Assembly: GCF_009914755.1 (NCBI RefSeq)
Contig: NC_060938.1
Length of the DNA stretch: 64,000 nucleotides
Direction: 5' to 3' (one strand)
Origin: the human T2T-CHM13v2.0 reference genome, Homo sapiens
Shown here: in pieces, positions 13,797 to 27,569 of the stretch
How positions within the stretch are numbered: the first letter of the stretch is position 1
How the letters are laid out: every line of letters begins with the position of its first letter
Notes under the pieces: generated by a model
Databases searched by the model: none
Told to the model about the DNA's origin: nothing
Seen by the model: the letters and a program-made list of their open reading frames with translations, nothing else
Translations under genes and position numbers: made by a program

Positions 13797-16700
13797 ATGA
13801 GCATTTTTTCTTGTGTCTGTTGGCTGCATAAATGTCTTCTTTTGAGAAGTGTCTGTTCATATCCTTTGCCCACTTTTTGATGGGTTGTTTGGTTTTTTTC
13901 TTGTAAATTTGTTTAAGTTCTTTTAGTAGATTCTGGATATTAGCCCTTTGTCAGATGGGCAGATTGCAAAAATTTTCTCCCATTCTGTAGGTTGCCTATT
14001 CACTCTGATGGTAGTTTCTTTTACCGTGCAGAAAGTTCTTTAGTTTAATTAGATCCCATTCATCAATTTTGCTTTTGTTGCCATTGCTTTTTGTGCTTTA
14101 GTCATGAAGTCCTTGCCCATGCCTATGTCCTGAATGGTATTGCCTAGGTTTTCTTCTAGGATTTTTATGGTTTTAGGTCTAACATTTAAGTCTTTAATCC
14201 ATCTTGAATTAATTTTTGTATAAGGTATAAGGAAGATCCAGTTTCAGCTTTCCAGTTTCAGCTTTCTACATATGCCTAGCCAGTTTTCCCAGCACCATTT
14301 ATTAAATAGGGAATCCTTTCCCATTTCTTGTTTTTGTCAGGATTGTCAAAGATCAGATGGTTGTAGATGGGTGGTGTTATTTCTGAGGCCTCTGTTCTGT
14401 TCCATTGGTCTATATATCTGTTTTGGTACTAGTACCATGCTGTTTTGGTTACTGTAGCCTTGTAGTGTAGTTTGAAGTCTGGTAGTGTGATGCTTCCAGC
14501 TTTGTTATTTTTGCTTAGGATTGTCTTGGCAATGAGAGCTCTTTTTTGGTTCCATGTGAGCTTTAAAGTAGCCTTTTCCAATTCTGTGAAGAAAGTCATT
14601 GGTAGCTTGATGGGGTTGGCATTGAATCTATAAATTACCTTGGGCAGTATGGCCATTTTCATGATATTGATTCTTCTATCCATGAGCATGGAATGTTCTT
14701 CCATTTGTTTGTGTCCTCTTTTATTTCATTGAGCAGTAATTTGTAGTTCTCCTTGAAGAGGTCCTTCACATCCCTTGTAAATTGGATTCCTAGGTATTTT
14801 ATTCTCTTTGTATCAATTGTGAATGGGAGTTCACTCGTGATTTGGCTCTCCATGTGTCTGTTATTGGTGTATAGGAATGCTTGTGATTTTTGCAGGTTGA
14901 TTTTGTATCTTGAGACTTTGCTGAAGTTGCTTATCAGCTTAAGGAGATTTTGGGCTGAGACGATGGAGTTTTCTAAATAGACAATCATGTCATCTGCAAA
15001 CAGAGACAATTTGACTTCCTCTTTTCCTAATTGAATACCTTTTATTTCTTTCTTTTGCCTGATTGTCCCTGGCCAGAACTTCCAACACCATGTTGAATAG
15101 GAGTGGTGAGAGAAGACATCCTTGTGTTGTGCTGGTTTTCAAAGGGAATGCTTCCAGTTTTTGCCCATTCAGTATGATATTGGCTGTGGGTTTGTCATAA
15201 ATAGCTCTTATTATTTTGAGATGCATTCCATCAATACCTAGTTTATTGAGAGTTTTTAGCATGAAGGGCTGTTGAGTTTTGTCGAAGGCCTTTTCTGCAT
15301 CTATTGAGATAATCATGTGGTTTTTGTCATTGGTTTGGTTTATGTGATGGATTACGTTTATTGATTTGCATTTTTTGAACCAGCCTTTCATCTCAGGGAT
15401 GAAGCCGACTTGATCGTGGTGGATAAGCTTTTCGATGGGCTGCCGGATTCGGTTTGCCAGTATTTTATTGAGGATTTTTGCATCGATGTTCTTCAGGGAT
15501 ATTGGTCTAAAATTCTCTTTTTTTGTTGTGTCTCTGCCAGGTTTTGGTATCAAGATGATGCTAGCCTCATAAAATGAGTTAGGGAGGATTCCCTCTTTTT
15601 CTATTGATTGGAATAGTTTCAGAAGGAATGATACCAACTCCTCTTTGTACCTCTCGTAGAATTTGGCTGTGAATCCATCTGGTCCTGGACTTTTTTTGGT
15701 TGGTAGGCTATTAATTATTGCCTCAATTTCAGAGCCCATTATTGGTCTATTCAGAGATTCAACTTCTTCCTGCTTTAGTCTTGGGAGGGTGTATGTGTCC
15801 AGGAATTTATCCATTTCTTCTAGATTTTTTAGTTTATTTGCATAGAGGTGTTTATGGTATTCTCTGATGGTAATTTGTATTTCTGTGGGATCAGTGGTGA
15901 TATCCCCTTTATCATTTTTTATTGCATCTATTTGGTTCTTATCTCTTTTCTTCTTTATTAGTCATGCTAGCGGTCTATCAATTTTGTCGATCCTTTCAAA
16001 AACCAGCTCCTGGATTCATTGATTTTTTGAAGGGTTTTTCGTGTCTCTGTCTCCTTCAGTTCTGCTCTGATCTTAGTTATTTCTTGCCTTCTGCTAGCTT
16101 TTGAATGTGTTTGCTCTTGCTTCTCTAGTTCTTTTAATTATGATGTTAGGGTGTCAATTTTAGATCTTTCCTGCTTTCTCTTGTGGGCATTTAGTGCTAT
16201 AAGTTTCCCTCTACACACTGCTTTAAATGTGTCCCAGAGATTCTGGTACATCATGTCTTCGTTCTCATTGGTTTCAAAGAACATCTTTATTTCTGCCTTC
16301 ATTTCATTATGTACCCAGTAGTCATTCAGGAGCAGGTTGTTCAGTTTCCATGTGCTTGTGCGGTTTTGAGTGAGTTTCTTAATCCTGAGTTCTAATTTGA
16401 TTGCACTGTGGTCTGAGAGACAGTATGTTGTGATTTCTGTTCTTTTACATTTGCTGAGGAGTGCTTTACTTCCAATTATGTTGTCAATTTTAGAATACGT
16501 GCAATGTGGTGCTGAGAAGACTGTATATTCTGTTGATTTGGGGTGGAGAACTCTGTAGATGTCTATTAGGTCTGCTTGGTCCAGAGCTGAGTTTGAGTCC
16601 TGGATATCCTTGTTAACCTTCTGTCTCGTTGATCTAATATTGACAGTGGGGTGTTAAAGTCTCCCATTATTATTGTGTGGGAGTCGAAGTCTCTTTGTAG

Positions 16701-19220
16701 GTCTCTAAGGACTTGCTTTACGAATCTGGGTGCTCCTGTCTTGGGTGCATATATATTTAGAATAGTTAGCTCTTCCTGCTGCATTGATCCCTTTACCATT
16801 ATATAATGGCCTTCTTTGTCTCTTTTGATCTTTGTTGGTTTAAAGTCTGTTTTATGAGAGATTAGGATGGCAACCCCTGCTTTTTTTTTTTTTTTTGCTT
16901 TCCATTTGATTGTTAGATCTTCCTCCATCCCTTTATTTTGAGCCTATGTGTGTCTTTGCACAGAGATGGGTCTCCTGAATACAGCACATTGATGGGGCTT
17001 GACTCTTTATCCAATTTGCCAGTCTGTGTCTTTTAATTGGGGCATTTAGCCTATTTACATTTAAGGTCCATATTGTTAGGTGTAGATTTGATCCTGTCAT
17101 TATGATGTTACCTGGTTATTTTACCTGTTAATTGATGCAGTTTCTTCATAGCATTGATGTTCTTTACAATTTGGCAGGTTTTTGCAGTGGCTGGTACCAG
17201 TTGTTCCTTTCCATGTTTAGTGCTTCCTTTAGGAACTCTTGTAACACAGGCCTGGTGGTGACAAAATCTCTGAGCATTTGCTTGTCTGTAAAGGACTTTA
17301 TTTCTCCTTCATTTATGTTGGCTGGATATGAAATTCTGGGTTGAAAATTCTTTTCTTTAAGAATGTTGAATATTGGCCCCCACTCTCTTCTGGATTGCAG
17401 GGTTTCTGCAGAGAGATCCGCAGTTAGTCTGATGGGCTTCCCTTTGTGGGTAACCTGACCTTTCTCTCTGGCTGCCCTTAACATTTTTTCCTTCATTTCA
17501 ACCTTGGTGAAATTGACAATTATGTGTCTTGGGGTTGTTTTTCTCGAGGAGTATCTTTGTGGTGTTCTCTGTATTCCCTGAAATTGAATGCTGGCCTGCC
17601 TTGCTAAGTTGGGAAAGTTCTCCTTGATAATGTCCTAAAGAGTGTTTTTCAACCTGGTTCCATTCTCCCTATCACTTTGAAGTACAACAATCAAATGTAG
17701 AATTTGTCTTTTCACATAGTCCCATATTTCTTGGAGGCTTTGTTCGTTTCTTTTTACTCTTTTTTTTCTAAACTTGCCTTCTCACTTTATTTCATTAATT
17801 TGATCTTCAATCACTGATATCCTTTCTTCCATTTGATCAAATTTGCTATTGAAGCTAGTGCATGCCTCCCGAAGTTCTCGTGCCTTGGTTTTCAGCTACA
17901 TCAGGTCACTTAAGGTCTTCTCTACACTGTTTATTCTCATTAGCCATTCGTCTAACCTTTTTTCAAGGTTTTTAGCTTCCTTGTGATGGGTTAGAACATG
18001 CTCCTTTAGCTCGGAGAAGTTTGTTATTACGGACCTTCTGAAGCCTACTTCTGTCAACTTGTCAAAGACATTCTCCATCTAGCTTTGTTCCATTGCTGGT
18101 GAGGAGCTGCGATCCTTTGGAGGAGAAAAGGCGCTCTGGTTTTTAGAATTTTCAGCTTTTCTGCTCTGGATTCTCACCATCTTTGTGGTTTTATCTACCT
18201 TTGGTCTTTGACGTTGGTGACCTACAGATGGGGTTTTGGTGTGGATGTCCTTTTTGTTGATGGTGATGCTATTCCTTTCTGTTTGTTAGTTTTCCTTCCA
18301 GGAGTCAGGTCGCTCAGCTGCAGATCTGTTGGAGTTTGCTGGAGGTCCACTCCAGACACTGTTTCCTTGGGTATCACCAGCAGAGGCTGCAGAACAGCAA
18401 ATATTGCATAACAGCAAATATTGCTGCCTGATGCTTCCTCTGGAAGCTTCATCCCAGAGGGACACCTGCCTGTATGAGGTGTCTGCTGGCCCCTACTAGG
18501 AGATGTCTTTCAGTTAGGCTACACAGGGGTCAGGGACTCACTTGATGATGCAGTCTGTCCATTCTCAGAGCTCAAACGACGTGCTGGTAGAACCACTGCT
18601 CTCTTCAGAGCTGTCAGACAGGGACGTTTAAGTCTGCAGAATTTTCTCCTGCCTTTTGTTCAGCTATGCCCTGCCCACAAAGGTGGAGTCTGTAGAGGCA
18701 GTAGGCCTTGCTGAGCTGTGGTGAGCTCCGCCCAGTTCAAGCTTCCTGGCCACTTTGTTTACCTACTCAAGCCTCAGCAATGGTGGATGCCCCTCCCCCC
18801 GCCAGGCTGCAGCCTGGCAGGTTGATCTCAGACTGCTGTGCTAGCAGTGAGCAAGGCTCCATGGGTTTGGGACCTGCCAAGCCAGGCATGGGAGAGAATC
18901 TCCTGGTCTGCCAGTTGCTAAGACTGTGGGAAAAGCACAGGATTTGGGCAGGAATGCCCCGTTTTTCGAGGTACAATCTGTCACGGCTTCCCTTGGCTAG
19001 GAAAGGGAAATCCCCCAACCCCTTGCACTTCCTGGGTGAGGTGACGCCCCGCCCTGCTTCGACTCGCCCTCCATGGGCTGCACCCACTGTCCAACCCATC
19101 CCAATGAGATGAACTGGGTACCTCAGTTGGAAATGCAGAAATCACCTGTCTTCTGCGTCGGTCATGCTGGGAGCTGCAGAATGGAGCTGTTCCTATTCGG
19201 CCATCTTGGAACAGAGTCCC
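13797..19220 (-). mobile_element. L1PA (about L1PA6-7) with an intact 5' UTR, broken ORF1/ORF2 and no 3' end
   Basis: 5' ttccaagatggccgaataggaacagctcc including the YY1 site; ORF1 pieces at 17164-18078; ORF2 EN and RT pieces at 14429-16928 including the FADD motif. Ends abruptly at 13797 with no 3' UTR or poly-A. Confidence 0.93.
18780..19112 (+). other. L1 ORF0-like antisense ORF, 110 codons, open
   Basis: MVDAPPPARLQPGRLISDCCASSEQGSMGLGPAKPG resembles the L1HS ORF0 N-terminus as recalled (MAGAPPPASLPPCSLISDCCAS); Kozak gcaATGG; expression unknown. Confidence 0.75.
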
Positions 19221-19736
19221 AGTGATATTCTTAAAGTTAGACAAATAGTTATGGTTACAACAACTGGAACCCGGGATCCTTAACTCCCAGTCTGGTGTTC
19301 ATTTCACTATAGCATACTGCATCTCAAATCAATGTAAACATTATTCTTATAAAGCAAGTGCCTAGACGTGTTTGCATGTATAAAGTGTTTTCTGTTTTTC
19401 TATTTTGACTACCGATGAATTTTCTATTTTCTCTGGTCTGTCTTTTAGCCTATTACTATTTTCAGCTCCTATCTGCAAGTGAGGATTTTAAGGAACAAGT
19501 ATTCCACTGATAGGCATTCCTGGCATAACTATGGATGATAACATTTGTAAGACTAACATTTATGATTCATTTTCTTTATTTGTAAAATGCATGACATGAA
19601 TAAATTACAACTTCACACTTGGTACAGTATCAACTTCTGTAAGGCAGATTAAAATATTCTGGCACCATTCCCTGAAATTCCCAATCTTTTTCTATATACA
19701 ATGGAAAAACTATGAGCTTTTTTTTAATAGAAAGGA

Positions 19737-20816
19737 TTTTGCTTTCTTGGGAATTTTATGTTAGATTATAAGCTGTAAGCTTTTTTATTTAAGATTACAT
19801 GATTAAAGACTTCAGTGTCTCTGACCTAGGTTCTCTGCTTTTCCACTTTAGCAGTTCTAGTCAAGGAAACTTTAAGTTTTGCTGTTGGAAGTAAGTTTGG
19901 AGCAGTGAAATATCTCTTTTAGAATACTGACCACAGCACAAAGGCACATGTTCCCGTCTCTGACTTCTAGCTAGTTAGCTGCCTGAGCATAGGCAGTTAT
20001 CTTAAGCTGAGATTGGCTTCCCTTTAGAAGAAATTCTGAAGCTCTTGATTCCAAGCAGTAGGAAGTCCTCACCAAGGTCATACTGGGAGTTCATTAACTC
20101 TTCCTGATGGTTCAGGGGCTGTTAGAGAATAAGGGAAAAGGAAATAAGGTATACTTAGAAGTAGCTTTGTCAAGACACTCTTTGGCTCTTTTACTTGCTC
20201 TACCTTTTACTAGCCAAATGACCCTGGACAAGCTACTTAACCTTTCTAGGTCTTATCTCCCTCCTATGCAAAATGGAAATAATGTCTACCCAATGTAGGG
20301 TTATTGTAGGATACTATTAAAGGAGATAATATTGTGTAAATAATTTTATTTTCGCTAACATGCTCTATTTGGAATTCAGCAACTGCTTCCCTTTCCTCTA
20401 CTCTCCTAACATGGGGATTCTAAGATCATAACCCTGAGATAAGCACTTGTAAATTACAGAGTATTTACAGTATGACCTTGGTGAGGACTTCCTACTGCTT
20501 GGAATCAAGAGCTTCAGAATTTCTTCTAAAGGGAAGCCAATCTCAGCTTAAGATAACTGCCTATGCTCAGGCAGCTAACTAGCTGGAAGTCAGAGACGGG
20601 AACATGTGCCTATGTGCCGTGGTCAGTATTCTAAAAGAGATACTTCACTGCTACAAACTTAGTTCCAACAGCAAAACTTAAAGGTTCCTTGACTAGAACT
20701 GCTAAAGTGGAAAAACAAAGAACCTAGGTCAAAGACACTGAAGTCTTTAATCATGTAATCTTAAATAAAAAAGCTTACAGCTTATAATCTAAAATAAAAT
20801 TCCCAAGACAGCAAAA
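19737..20816. repeat. Long inverted repeat: arms 19737-20085 and 20468-20816 (349 bp each), spacer 382 bp
   Basis: Manual alignment gives 12 mismatches and no indels; inner 117 bp are perfect. Confidence 0.97.
20190..20340 (+). mobile_element. MIR fragment inside the inverted-repeat spacer
   Basis: MIR core-like tgaccctggacaagctacttaacctttct...tgcaaaatggaaataat. Confidence 0.6.
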
Positions 20817-21389
20817 GCTAAAATTGGCTCAACTCCATTTGTTGGCCTGCATCTGGATCCTGTATGCATTTTGATGTAATCAAATTTTAATTCCACCCAC
20901 CCAGGTCATTCAGGAATATATCTCTGTCTCATTAGAAAATTTAATTAAGCAGCAGTTTTTATTTTATTTTTTATTTTTGCTCTTCTCTGATTGAGCTGTA
21001 CAAAATTGAAGCAAAGAATTGAGATACCTATTCAAATATTTCAAGTGAAAGCATATATTTTTATTATCCAAATCACTGCCTTAAGTTTCTACCTTCAGTC
21101 TAGTAAGGTCTTCACTTAGAATGATTCTACTTGCAAAGGGATGTTGGTCTGTGCTGGCATTTGCTGTCTATTTTTTAATTTTTCCATGAATGTGGCCTCT
21201 TAAACTCATTCATAATTCCCTTCAGGTATTCATATCTCTTTAGACTCATCATTCCATGAACTTCATTACACTGCTAAAATATGCACATCTCATTATATCC
21301 TTCTACTTCTGCATCTTATTATATCATTACCTTTATACTCCCTGCATTCTTCAAAATGTATATCTTAATCCCTCAATATATTTTTGTGA

Positions 21390-21484
21390 CATATATGTGT
21401 GTATATATATGTTTGTGTGTGTGTGTATATATATATACATTTTAAATATTTTTATATATATATATATACACACATATATATATA
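21390..21484. repeat. Mixed (TA)n/(TG)n/(CA)n low-complexity tract
   Basis: Seen directly. Confidence 0.85.
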
Positions 21485-21538
21485 AAATCACAACTTGTAA
21501 CTAATCATGGTATCTTCATATTCAAAAATTATATTACC

Positions 21539-21856
<318 letters not shown>

Positions 21857-22021
21857 TCAGCATTCTGTATATGTGCTTTCAGGTGCTTTTTCCCCCAGTA
21901 CTGTGGGTCCCACTTGTGTGCTTTTACCACCGTACTTATTAAGCCTTCTTGTTTAGGGGGGTTATTTTTATAGCTATGTAATTGAATAAAATTACCTATT
22001 CACACAGAAATCAGGCCTATA

Positions 22022-22785
22022 CCATCAGAGAAATGCAAATCAAAACTACAATGAGACACCATCTCACACCAGTTAGAATGCCAGTCATTAAAAAGTCAGG
22101 AAACAACAGGTGCTGGAGAGGATGTGAAGAAATAGGAACACTTTTACACTGTTGGTGGGACTGTAAACTAGTTCAACCATTGTGGAAGATAGTGTGGCAA
22201 TTCCTCAAGGATCTAGAACTAGAAATACCATTTGACCCAGCCATCCCATTACTGGGCATATACCCAAAGGATTATAAATGATGCTGCTATAAAGACTCAT
22301 GCACACGTATGTTGATTGCAGCACTATTCACAATAGCAAAGACTTGGAACCAACCCAAATGTCCATCAATGATAGACTGGATTAAGAAAATGTGACACAT
22401 ATACACCATGAAATACTATGCAGCCATAAAAAATGATGAGTTCATGTTCTTTGTAGGGACATGAATGAAGCTGGAAACCATCATTCTGAGCAAACTATCG
22501 CAAGGACAGAAAACCAAACACCGCATGTTCTCACTCATAGGTGGGAATTGAACAATGAGAACACTTGGACACAGGAAGGGGAATATCACACACTGGGGCC
22601 TGTTATGGGGTGGGGGGAGTGGGGAGGGATAACATTAGGAGATATACCTAATGTAAATGACGAGTTAATGGGTGCAGCACACCAACATGGCACATGTATA
22701 CATACATACCAAACCTGCACGTGGTGCACATGTACCCTGGAACTTAAAGTATAATAATAAAAAATTTAAATTTAAATTTAAAAAA
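22022..22785 (+). mobile_element. 5'-truncated L1PA 3' end
   Basis: ORF2 C-terminal cysteine-rich region plus 3' UTR; TSD aaatcaggcctata at 22008-22021 and 22786-22799. Confidence 0.92.
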
Positions 22786-25272
22786 AAATCAGGCCTATAA
22801 CCTTGGCCTAAATTGCCCTATGTCGCAATCAGGTAGACTGATCTTCCTTTTTCACACTTCCTTCTATGCATACCATTATATATGTTCCTATACATATTCA
22901 CTCTTAAAAAAAATAAAGTATATTATAAATAAAAAGTAAAGTAGGAAAATGAAATAGAAAATTGAAAAAAGCACATTACAAATATATCTCTTTAAGCAAT
23001 TTTAGTAGAAAACAATACTTAATCCAAAAAGGAAGGGGGGGTTAATTTTTCAATAGGATTTTTAAAGTTAATTTACACAGCTTTTATTGACTATACTTGT
23101 GGTTAAAATAAGGTACAGTCTTTAGATATGATTCTTAATATTTCCATTATTTATAGGTACCTCATTATGTTTTCACATTTTCTATATACATGTCTTATTT
23201 GCTGTAGTTTATCTTGCAATTTTTAAATTCTGTATCTATTTTGAAGTTCCTTAGTCTATAGAATTACATGAGGATTCAGAATGTATGCAGTGGAAAAAAA
23301 TGTTTTAAGTTAAAATGGAAAAAAATAGAAATTTTCTCAGAAGTAATGGCATAAAAATACCTTATTCCAGTAAAGAAGGATCTCCAATATTTTTAGAAAT
23401 TACAACTCATCCCTGTCTATTCCTAATGTTTTATTGGTGGAATTATGAAAATTAGTGAAAATTAAAAGAGAAAACCTTAGGTGACAGTAAAGGATTTGCC
23501 AGTACCAGCAGGGTTATTTTTTTAAGTTTGAGTGATTCACTTTCTCATTAGAGCACCTAGTGCTGCAAGAATTACCTTTTTGACTGTTTTCTCAAGTAAA
23601 GACTTTGCAACTCCTAGGAGACCATTAGCTCATCCCAAGCAGCAGAGGGTAAGTATCAGGGAAACCCAGTTCTTCCTTTTATTTAATTGTGAGACAAAAG
23701 CATAAGAAGAAAATCAGAGACACAAAGATTCTAATCAACAATACTCTTTCTTATGTGTCTGAATGTGTATAAGAATGTAACTTAGTTGCAATAATCTTTA
23801 ATACTTTAACTCAATTTTCCAAAAATGGAATTTATTGACTATTTTCTAAAATCTCGTTTTCAGTTTCTATAAACTCCTCTTCTGCAGAATCCCAGTCTCC
23901 TTGGTTAACTTCCTAAAAAAAAAAAAAATACAAACCATTAATGTCTTATCATTTGGATATAACAGTGAATGATTTGGTAATACTGTTGCAACCCTGTGAC
24001 TATAATGCCTTGCTAATTTCCTTACTTTCATTCTAGCAATATGGAAATAAGCCACCAGTATTTCTTCAAAGTCAGTATCATAGTTGGCATATTGGTATGT
24101 ATTTCTTCTTACATCCCATCTAGGAGCTTTGTTTCATCATGCATTTTATTTTATTTTTTATTTTATAAAATATTTCCTGCATATAAACTTTGTTTTTTTA
24201 ATTAATGGCCACAGTAATATTCTAACACAGGACCACTCTTTGTGGGAAAAAACTTAACAGTTATTTTTAGAATACTAAGATCCAGGGTTCAAAAAGAAAA
24301 GTACATGGTTCAAAATTATAGGACAGTGACTGAGAAATTACCATTAAAGAAGAATTTAAATTATTCAGACTACAGAGTGAACATTTTCTTTCTTTCTTTG
24401 CACAAAATCCTGACCAACAAATTCACCCATTGGACGTAAGTGCTACCCATTTATCAGTGATATCCTACTCATTTGACCAGGGTGTGGCAAGGTTTTCATC
24501 ATTAAGTACTGAAAAAAGTAGGCATTTGCTCTCAATTGAAGCATTTTCTGTGACCTCAAGGACATTTTAGATATTTTTAAAAATTATTCTTCCTAAAAAC
24601 GTACCCCTTTCATGTTAATTAAGTTAAATGCTTTTTATATTTACACAGTTATTTTAAAAGTTTAATGTTTTATACATAGAAATGAATATATGTAACACAG
24701 ATGGAAGTTGTAGTGATAAAATAAACATGAAACACCAACCCAACTTAATAACTAATTCATTACCAATTCTGTTGCATCTTTTTGTACCACTAAATCATGG
24801 CTTAATCATTTCTGGTAATCATAACATTTGTATTTATTCCAAACTCTATAACCTTACATAAAGCTTATTTTATTTTATGACATAAGAACTGTAATTGCCA
24901 GATAATGAGCATCTTTAGATGGAAAAAAGTGCACAACACAATAGCACTTTGAGAAAGCTATGTATTTTATAAGCATAGGAATTTTATTATTCCATTAACA
25001 CAACTTCTGGAGTAACTAGATTAATGAATGTACTGGTTTTCAACAAAGGAGATCTTAACCCTAAATGATTCAATCTTTTTCACTCTACGAATATATAAAG
25101 CCTGTAATACATAAGCAAGACCTGCAGTACACCAAAGTTTTGTCTAGTTGGTCTTTCAAATAAAGAGGTGAGGAATAAATTATACTGGAATAGACTTGAG
25201 GGCATCCACCATGTTAAATGTTTATTTTAGTATCTCATAAATAGCCGTGAAACTTTCCTTATGAATGTTATA

Positions 25273-27569
25273 CATGCATACCTCACTTTATTGACTTTGC
25301 AGATATTCCTTTTTTTTTTTTTTAACAAATTGAAGGTTTGTGGCAGTCCTACATTGAGCAAGTCTCTTGGCACCATTTTTCCAACAGCATGTGTTCCTTT
25401 ATGTCTCTGTGTCACATTATGGTAATTCTCACAATAATTCATACTTTGTTATTTTTATATCTCTTACAGTGATCTGTAGTCAGTGATCTTTGTTTTTACT
25501 ACTGTTATTATTTGGGGGCACCACAAATTGCACCCATTATAAGATGGCAGACTTAATCGATAAACCTGTGAATTCTGACTGTTTTGCCAATTGGCTGTTC
25601 CCTTTTCTCCCTCTCCTTGGGCCTCCCTATTCTCTGAGACACAGCAAGATTGAAAGTAGGCCATTTAATAACTCTACAATGGCCTCTAAGTATTCAAGTG
25701 AAAGGAAAAATTACATGTCTCTCATTTTAAATCAAAAGCTGGAAATGATTAAGCTTAGTGAGGAAGGCATGTCAAAAGCCAAGAGAGCCAGAAACCTAGG
25801 CCGCTGGTGCTACAGCCAAGTTGTGAATGCAAAGGAAAAGTTCTTTAAGGAAATTAAAAGTGCAGTAGACCAACATTCCCTTAAGCCAAAGCGTAATCCA
25901 GAGCAAGGCCCTAACTCTTTTCAATTCTGTGAAGGTTGAGAGAGGTGAAAAAGGTATAGAAGAAAAGTTTGAAGCCAGCAGAGGTTGGCTTATGAGCTTT
26001 AAGGACAGAATACATCTCCATAATATAACAATGCAAGGTGAAGCAGCAAATACTGATGTAGAAGCAACAGCAAGTTATCCAGAAGATCTATCTAAGATCA
26101 TTGATGAAGGTGACTATGCTAAGCAACAGGTTTTCAATGTAGATGAAACAGTCTTATATATAGGAAGAAGATGCCTTCTAGGACTTTCATTGCTATAGAG
26201 GAAAAATTAATTCCTGTCTTCAAAGCTTTATAGGACAGGCTGATTCTCCTGATAGGGGCTAAAGTAGCTGGTGACTTTAAGTTGAAGCCAATACTCATTG
26301 GCCATTCTAAAAATCCTAGTAGCTTTAAGAATTATGCTAAATCTTCCCTCCCTGTGCTCTATAAATGACAAAGCTTGGATGATAGTACATCTTTTTGCAG
26401 GTTGGTTTACTGATTATGTTAAGTCTTTTCTTGAGACCTCTTATTCAGACAAAAAGATTTCTTTCAAAATATAACTATTATTGATATTGCATCTAGTCAT
26501 CCAAGAGCTCTGATTGGGATGTACAAGATTAATGTTGTTTTCATGCATGCTAATACAACATCCCCTCTGTAGTCCATAGATCAAGGAGTAATTTCAATAT
26601 TCAAGTGTTATTATTTAAGACATACATTTTATAAGGCTATACTTGCCATAGATAGTGATTCCTATAGTGGATCTGAGCAAAGTAAATTGAAAACTTTCTG
26701 GAAAGGATTCACCATTCTAGATGTCATTAAGAGCATTTATGATTCACGGGAGGAGGTCAAATATCAACATTGACAGGAGTTGAAAAGAAGTTGATTCCAA
26801 CCTTCATGGATGACTTTAAGTAGTTCACTGCTTCAGTGGAAGAAGTAACTACGATGTCGTCAAAATAGCAAGGGGACTAGAATTAGAGATGAAACCTGAA
26901 GATGTGACTGAATTGCTGCAATCTCATGATGAAACTTGAACAGATAAGGAGTTACTTCCTATGGATGAGTAAAGAAAGGGGCTTCTTAAGATGGAATCTA
27001 CTGATAAAAATGCTGTAGACATTGTTGAAATGATGACAACCAAGGATTTAGAATATTACATAAACTTAGTTGGTAAAGTAGTGACAGGATTTAAGAGGAT
27101 TGACTCCAATTTTCAAAGAAGTTCTACTGTGGATTAAATGCTGTCCAACAGCATTGCATGCTACAGAGATATCTTTCATGAAGGAAAGAGTCAATCAGTA
27201 TAGCAAACTTCATTATTGTCTTATTTTAAGAAATTGCCACAGCCACCCCAGCCACAAGCAACTACCACCCAGATCAGTCAGCAGCCATCAACATGGAGGC
27301 AAGACCCTCCACCAGCAAAAACGTTACAACTCGCTGAAGACTCAGATAATTGTTAGCATTTTTTAGCAATAAAGTATTTTTTAAATTAAGGTATGTACAT
27401 TGTTATTTTCACATAATACTATTTCACACTTAATAGACTACAGAATAGCGTAAACATAACTCTTACATGCACTGGCTAACCAGAAAATTGGTGTAAATCA
27501 CTGTACTGCAATACTCAGTTTATTGCGGTAGTCTTGAACTAACCCTGCAATATCTCTAAAGTATCCCTG
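25273..27569 (+). mobile_element. Near full-length Tigger1 (TcMar-pogo) DNA transposon with a dead transposase
   Basis: Degenerate TIRs catgcatacct...agtatccctg flanked by TA; transposase remnants MASKYSSERK...LEMIKLSEEGMSKA and FEASRGWL...FNVDET. Confidence 0.92.

Noticed and set aside
14990-15814. 274-aa reverse transcriptase ORF as an active or novel RT system
   Set aside because: Fragment of L1 ORF2 bounded by frameshifts; the element lacks its 3' end.
19737-20816. The long inverted repeat as a MITE or pre-miRNA
   Set aside because: No TSD or recognisable terminal motif, arm identity is too high for the old primate DNA transposons, and the stem and loop are far larger than a pre-miRNA.
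25490-27100. Domesticated Tigger transposase (TIGD-like) gene
   Set aside because: Multiple stops and frameshifts plus an internal deletion near 25863; an ordinary fossil Tigger1.
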